A DNA stretch of 64,000 nt from an uncultured Bacilli bacterium (GTDB taxonomy: Bacteria > Bacillota_I > Bacilli_A > RF39 > UBA660): assembly GCA_944371315.1 (NCBI GenBank), contig CALVXN010000003.1, positions 508 to 64,507 on the forward strand. The letters run 5' to 3'. How positions within the stretch are numbered: position 1 is the first letter of the stretch; every line of letters starts with the position of its first letter. Of this stretch, positions 59,514 through 64,000 are shown piece after piece. Made by a program: the position numbers and the translations under genes. The notes under the pieces are model-generated. The model ran no database searches and was not told the DNA's origin. It worked only from the letters and a program-made list of their open reading frames with translations.

Positions 59514-60776
59514 TTATAGAACTTTTAAAATATTTTCATATTCATCCAAAATATAGTCAATTTCATTTAAATAATCATTACAATTTCCTTTAATACAATT
59601 TAATATCCTTTTCTTTATATAATATTTAAAATCAAGTATTTTGGTATCATACATAAATAAAGAATACTCAATTCTATCTTTTTCAATAAAATATTTATTT
59701 TTAATATATTTAAAATTTAATTCATAACTTATATTTAAATAATTTAATTCATCCGAATATGTTATAGTTCTTCCATTTTCAACTTTAACATATAAACCTT
59801 CTTGTTCATCATATTCATACCCTAAGCTTTCAAGTTTATTTTCAGTTGATTCGCTAGTTGCATATGATGAATCTACATCTTCTTCACTATTTTGATAATC
59901 ATGAGTTAATATATTTTTATAAATTGGTTCATAAGCTAAACTATTATCATCAATTGCATTATTATTTAAAAATAGCTGATAATCATAATTATAAGTGGTA
60001 TTTACCTTGTAAGTAGAATAAGTCAATTTATTGTTTTCAAAGTCTTTTTTTAAATTTATTTTACACTTATATTCTTTTTCATCATTATTTTTATCAATTA
60101 TTATAATATTTAAATATAAGGTTTTCTTCATTGAATTTATAATATCTTTTTTTAATTCTTTAGGATAACTATTTAACTCTTGAATAAATATATCATCTAA
60201 ATTTGAATTTTCATAAATAACATTTTTATCTCCATTAACTAAAACATAAAGTTCTAATTTTAAAGTTTTATCTTTTAAAGAAACATCATTAATATTTATG
60301 TTATTAATAAACAAAGTATTAATACCTTTATTTTCTATAAACATACCATTCTTAAAAGTTATATCTTCACTATCAAAAGTTAATGTATAAATTTTTACAG
60401 TATTATAATTATTTAAAAAATAAATTAATAACAATACAAATGCAATAACAAAAATGATTTTTAAGAAATTTTTTAAAACTATTCTAAAAAAACCTTTTAC
60501 TATACTTAAAAAAGAATAAAAGTAATCAATAAAATTTTTATTTTCTAAAACAATAGAATTTGGAGATATATGAAATTTACGACATATATTTTTAATTACA
60601 TAATAATCAGGGATAGTTCCTTCATTTTCCCATTTAGAAATAGTTCGATTTGATACACCTAATTTATCTGCTAATTTTTGTTGAGTTAACCCATTAGCTT
60701 TTCTTAAGTCTTTTAAAAATTTTGCAAAATTTTCTTTATTTAATTTTGTTTTATTTTCCTTATTTTCTTCAGTCAT
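59514..60776 (-). CDS. XRE-family HTH protein with a TM segment and a large extracytoplasmic domain
   Basis: LRKANGLTQQKLADKLGVSNRTISKWENEGTIPD is an XRE HTH. One TM segment (IIFVIAFVLLLIYFL), then a C-terminal domain of about 290 aa. ATG 60776 lies 5 nt after AAGGTGA. Confidence 0.7.
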   Translation of the reverse strand: MTEENKENKTKLNKENFAKFLKDLRKANGLTQQKLADKLGVSNRTISKWENEGTIPDYYVIKNICRKFHISPNSIVLENKNFIDYFYSFLSIVKGFFRIVLKNFLKIIFVIAFVLLLIYFLNNYNTVKIYTLTFDSEDITFKNGMFIENKGINTLFINNININDVSLKDKTLKLELYVLVNGDKNVIYENSNLDDIFIQELNSYPKELKKDIINSMKKTLYLNIIIIDKNNDEKEYKCKINLKKDFENNKLTYSTYKVNTTYNYDYQLFLNNNAIDDNSLAYEPIYKNILTHDYQNSEEDVDSSYATSESTENKLESLGYEYDEQEGLYVKVENGRTITYSDELNYLNISYELNFKYIKNKYFIEKDRIEYSLFMYDTKILDFKYYIKKRILNCIKGNCNDYLNEIDYILDEYENILKVL

Positions 60777-60922
60777 ATTTTTCACCTTAATCATTCTATC
60801 ATAATTAAATCTAATTTTCATTTAAAAATGGTATTTTTTGGAAATTTTTTTTGTTATTGACACCATTTGTGCTTTTTTTTATAATAAGTCATATATTTTA
60901 AAAGAAAAAGAAGGCGATTAAA

Positions 60923-62374
60923 TTGAATTATATTAAAGCTTATTACATTTATAAAAAATATATTGAAGAATTAATGAGAACTCAAATGTTAAATTCATCT
61001 CCTGTAATACAAGATATTTTTAATAAAAAAGATTATGATGCAATATTAAAAGATGTTTTAGAAGTTATAAGAGAAAATCCTCATGCTAATTTAACAACAT
61101 TAAGACTTATTTTATTTCAAAGAAGTGGCTTAAAAGAAATAATGGATAAGTTTGTAAATGAAACTAAAATTACTCCTGGGGTAGTTCTTGATTTTGGAAC
61201 ATTTAAAACAAGAGATACAGTTATATGTGGTAAATGTCAAGAATATACTATGCAAAATGGAATTTTAGTTCCAGATGAAAAAGAAATGGAACAAGATACA
61301 ATTTTTGATTTAGCATCAACATCTAAATTATTTACTGCAGTATCAATATTAAAACTAGCAGAAGAACAAAGAATTGATGTATTTGATCCCATAACAAAAT
61401 ATGTTCCTGAATTTAAAAATTTACAAAATGTAAGTATTTATGATTTATTAAAATTTAGAGTTGCAGTAGTAACTGATAAAAGAGTTGATAGTGCTAAAAC
61501 AAAAGAAGAAGCAGAACAAATTTTATTCGGTATTCATTTAGCAGAAAACCAATTTATTAAAAATGCCTACACAGACATGGGCGCAATGGTTTTAAGATAT
61601 GTAATTGAAAGAGTTACTAAAATGTCATACAATGATTATGTCAGTCAAACAATATTTAAACCATTAAATATGAAAGATACATACTTAAATGTTCCAGAAG
61701 AAAAAATAGATAGAGTCGCTAATGAAAACTATTCTATTACAATAGATGCTAATGGCAATCCTAATATCAGATATGATAATCCACCAGGAACACAACATGA
61801 TGCTAAAGCAAGAGCAATAGGTGCACTTGAAGGTGTAGCACCAGGACATGCAGGATACTTTTCTACAACAAAAGATATGATAAAGCTAGGAAATGCATTA
61901 ATAAATGGAGATGTAATAAGTAAAGATTCAGTTTTATCAATGAGTGATACAGCATCAGGATTTAAAGAAGATGACACTTATTTTTATGGTTCATTAGTAT
62001 ATTTAAAACAACCTAATCCTAAACATTTAGGAGTTCGCCCTTCATTATCTGGAAAATCTTTTATGTCACCTGGATTTGCAGGAACAACGCTTTGTGTAGA
62101 TCCAATTAATAAATTTTCATTATTTATTGGATCTAATAGATTACATAATAGAATATATCAAATTCACACTAATCAAAAAGATAAAATAAAAGTAGATGAA
62201 CAAAACAAAAAAACATTCACATTACCTAATGGTGAAGAAAAAATAGTATGTGCTGATTATACAAGAGATAAAGAAATAATGGTAAGTTTAGCATTACAAT
62301 TAACATTACAATATCAATTATTAGAAAAAATATTTGGATATGAAAAAGAAATGCATTTAGTAAGAGAACTATAG
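60923..62374 (+). CDS. serine hydrolase of the beta-lactamase/transpeptidase-like family
   Basis: SxxK motif in DLASTSKLFTAVSILKL. Class C / DD-peptidase-like length. TTG start 5 nt after AGAAGGCGA. TTGACA-17-TATAAT promoter upstream. Confidence 0.78.
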   Translation: MNYIKAYYIYKKYIEELMRTQMLNSSPVIQDIFNKKDYDAILKDVLEVIRENPHANLTTLRLILFQRSGLKEIMDKFVNETKITPGVVLDFGTFKTRDTVICGKCQEYTMQNGILVPDEKEMEQDTIFDLASTSKLFTAVSILKLAEEQRIDVFDPITKYVPEFKNLQNVSIYDLLKFRVAVVTDKRVDSAKTKEEAEQILFGIHLAENQFIKNAYTDMGAMVLRYVIERVTKMSYNDYVSQTIFKPLNMKDTYLNVPEEKIDRVANENYSITIDANGNPNIRYDNPPGTQHDAKARAIGALEGVAPGHAGYFSTTKDMIKLGNALINGDVISKDSVLSMSDTASGFKEDDTYFYGSLVYLKQPNPKHLGVRPSLSGKSFMSPGFAGTTLCVDPINKFSLFIGSNRLHNRIYQIHTNQKDKIKVDEQNKKTFTLPNGEEKIVCADYTRDKEIMVSLALQLTLQYQLLEKIFGYEKEMHLVREL

Positions 62375-62384
62375 CATTTCTTTT

Positions 62385-62861
62385 TTATTTTCTACTTCTT
62401 GAAACAGGAAAACTAACAACTAATAAATCAGAGTTAGGGACTTCTGATAATGATAAACCTGTCTTTAAAATATCATTAATACTACTAACATTATTACTTT
62501 TTATATATGCTTTAATTGTTGTAACACCTAATTTAGATAATTCATTAATTAAAATTTCTCTAACTAGCTTTGAATATCCTTTTCCTCTAAATTTATCTAA
62601 TAATCCATAAGATATAACACATTCATAATCACTTATAAAACAAATTGTTGTTACACCTATTAAATTAATATCTTTTATAACATAAGAATAAAAGGTATTA
62701 CTATCATCATTTAAAGATAAATTAGTAATACTTTCCCATTCACTAAAAAACTCGTTTATTAATAAATCATTTTTTAAATATTTTGCTAGTTTTAAATGTT
62801 CTTTGCTTTTATTAGAAAATCTTTCTAACTCTATCCCATTTACATTTATTTTTTCAAACAT
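62385..62861 (-). CDS. GNAT-family N-acetyltransferase
   Basis: Acetyl-CoA motif FRGKGYSKLV within a 158-aa GNAT-sized protein. Its ATG overlaps the thrS stop (TAATG). Confidence 0.7.
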   Translation of the reverse strand: MFEKINVNGIELERFSNKSKEHLKLAKYLKNDLLINEFFSEWESITNLSLNDDSNTFYSYVIKDINLIGVTTICFISDYECVISYGLLDKFRGKGYSKLVREILINELSKLGVTTIKAYIKSNNVSSINDILKTGLSLSEVPNSDLLVVSFPVSRSRK

Positions 62862-64000
62862 TATTTATAACTAGCCTTTAATTCATCAATATATTTACAA
62901 AATTCTTCAAAACTTAAAGTTATAGTTTCTTCACTACCATATTTTCTATAACTAACAACGTTATTATCAACTTCTTTTTGACCAATAATTAAAGTAATAG
63001 GAATTTTATTAATAACACTTTCACGCATTTTATAACCCAATTTTTCTTCTCTATCATCTAAATTAACTCGATAATTTAAGTCTTTTAATTTATTAGTTAT
63101 ATCCTCAGCATATTTTAAATGAAATTCATTATTAACAGGAATAACATTTATTTGTGTAGGTGATAACCATAGTGGTAAAGCACCTTTTGTTTCTTCTAAG
63201 TAATATGCAATAAAACGATCAATGCTTCCAAAAACAGCTCTATGTAAAACTACTGGTGTTTTTTTACTACCATCCTTATCAATATAACTTAAATCAAATT
63301 TCATAGGTAAGCAAAAATCAAGTTGACAAGTAGATAAAGTATAAGCATTACCTACCGCTGGTTTAACTTGAACATCTAATTTAGGTCCATAAAAAGCAGC
63401 TTCCCCTATTTTTTCAGTATAAGGAATACCAATATCATCTAAAACTTTTCTTAATCTATTTTCGGCATTATCCCACATTTCATCATCTTGATAATACTTT
63501 TCAGTATTAGATTTATCTCTTAAAGAAAGTTCAAAACTATAATCTTTTATACCTAAATCTTTATAAACATCTAAAATTAAATTAACAACTGACTTAAATT
63601 CACTTTCTATTTGTTCAGGAGTAACAAAAAGATGAGCATCGTTTTGACAAAAAGATCTAACTCTTTCAATACCTTTTAAAGCTCCACTTGCTTCAAATCT
63701 ACAATCTCTTGCAATTTCTCCAATTCTAATTGGTAAATCACGATAAGAATGAATTTCATTAGCATAAATCATCATATGATGAGGGCAATTCATTGGTCTT
63801 AAAACAAATTCTTCTCCTTCAACTTCCATTTTAGGAAACATATTTTCTTTATAATGATCCCAATGTCCACTTTTTTTATAAAGTTCAACATTACCAAGTG
63901 GTGGAGTTAAAACATGATGATAATTTAATTTTTTTTCTTTATCTTTAATATAATTTTCAAGCAATTCCCAAATAATATATCCATTAGGCAAATACATAGG
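62861..64000 (-). CDS. thrS: threonine--tRNA ligase, 3' portion (N-terminus beyond the right edge)
   Basis: YHHVLTPPLGNVELYKKSGHWDHYKENMFP, class II motifs (FRxE-type RDCRFEASGAL; LHRAVFGSIDRF) and a C-terminal anticodon-binding domain. The frame stays open to position 64000. Confidence 0.93.
   Translation of the reverse strand, partial: PMYLPNGYIIWELLENYIKDKEKKLNYHHVLTPPLGNVELYKKSGHWDHYKENMFPKMEVEGEEFVLRPMNCPHHMMIYANEIHSYRDLPIRIGEIARDCRFEASGALKGIERVRSFCQNDAHLFVTPEQIESEFKSVVNLILDVYKDLGIKDYSFELSLRDKSNTEKYYQDDEMWDNAENRLRKVLDDIGIPYTEKIGEAAFYGPKLDVQVKPAVGNAYTLSTCQLDFCLPMKFDLSYIDKDGSKKTPVVLHRAVFGSIDRFIAYYLEETKGALPLWLSPTQINVIPVNNEFHLKYAEDITNKLKDLNYRVNLDDREEKLGYKMRESVINKIPITLIIGQKEVDNNVVSYRKYGSEETITLSFEEFCKYIDELKASYK

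Overview
Gene-dense, visibly very AT-rich chromosomal segment. I did not compute composition. Nearly every gene is on the minus strand and intergenic gaps are below about 260 bp. Full-length RpoB, RpoC, DnaK and EssC read through in the standard code, so this is code 11, not UGA=Trp. The backbone is housekeeping DNA of an endospore-forming low-GC Bacillota with Bacillus-like synteny; I cannot place the taxon more precisely. Backbone blocks: (1) mreC-mreD-spoIVFA/FB-like-rplU-prp-rpmA ... obg; (2) recD2 and mtaB; (3) hrcA-grpE-dnaK-pepF-dnaJ behind CIRCE operators; (4) a SEDS protein, def, smc, rnc and yidD; (5) tRNA-Ser(GCU), lysS and murD; (6) ybxB-like-rpoB-rpoC; (7) hup-spoIVA; (8) thrS, which runs off the right edge. 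Five accessory items sit in this backbone. (a) At 22.1-29.0 kb there is a stripped-down type VIIb-like secretion locus. It has EssC, a YukD/EsaB-like protein and five small helical proteins behind their own promoter, but no EssA, EssB or EsaA anywhere in the window. This is my best candidate for an undescribed system variant. (b) At 36.3-37.7 kb there is a tnpA-less IS200/IS605-type element. Its TnpB looks intact and a structured 3' flank looks like an omega-RNA; it lies next to tRNA-Ser. (c) A class B sortase carries a cytoplasmic extension of about 270 aa and is divergently paired with a substrate bearing an EPSTG sorting signal. (d) A RhuM-Doc fusion gene is inserted in the rpmA-obg interval. 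(e) A RelB/DinJ antitoxin at the left edge has phased operator-like repeats. I saw no rRNA and no CRISPR array. All calls rest on reading the translated ORFs and the DNA by eye; no database search was run.
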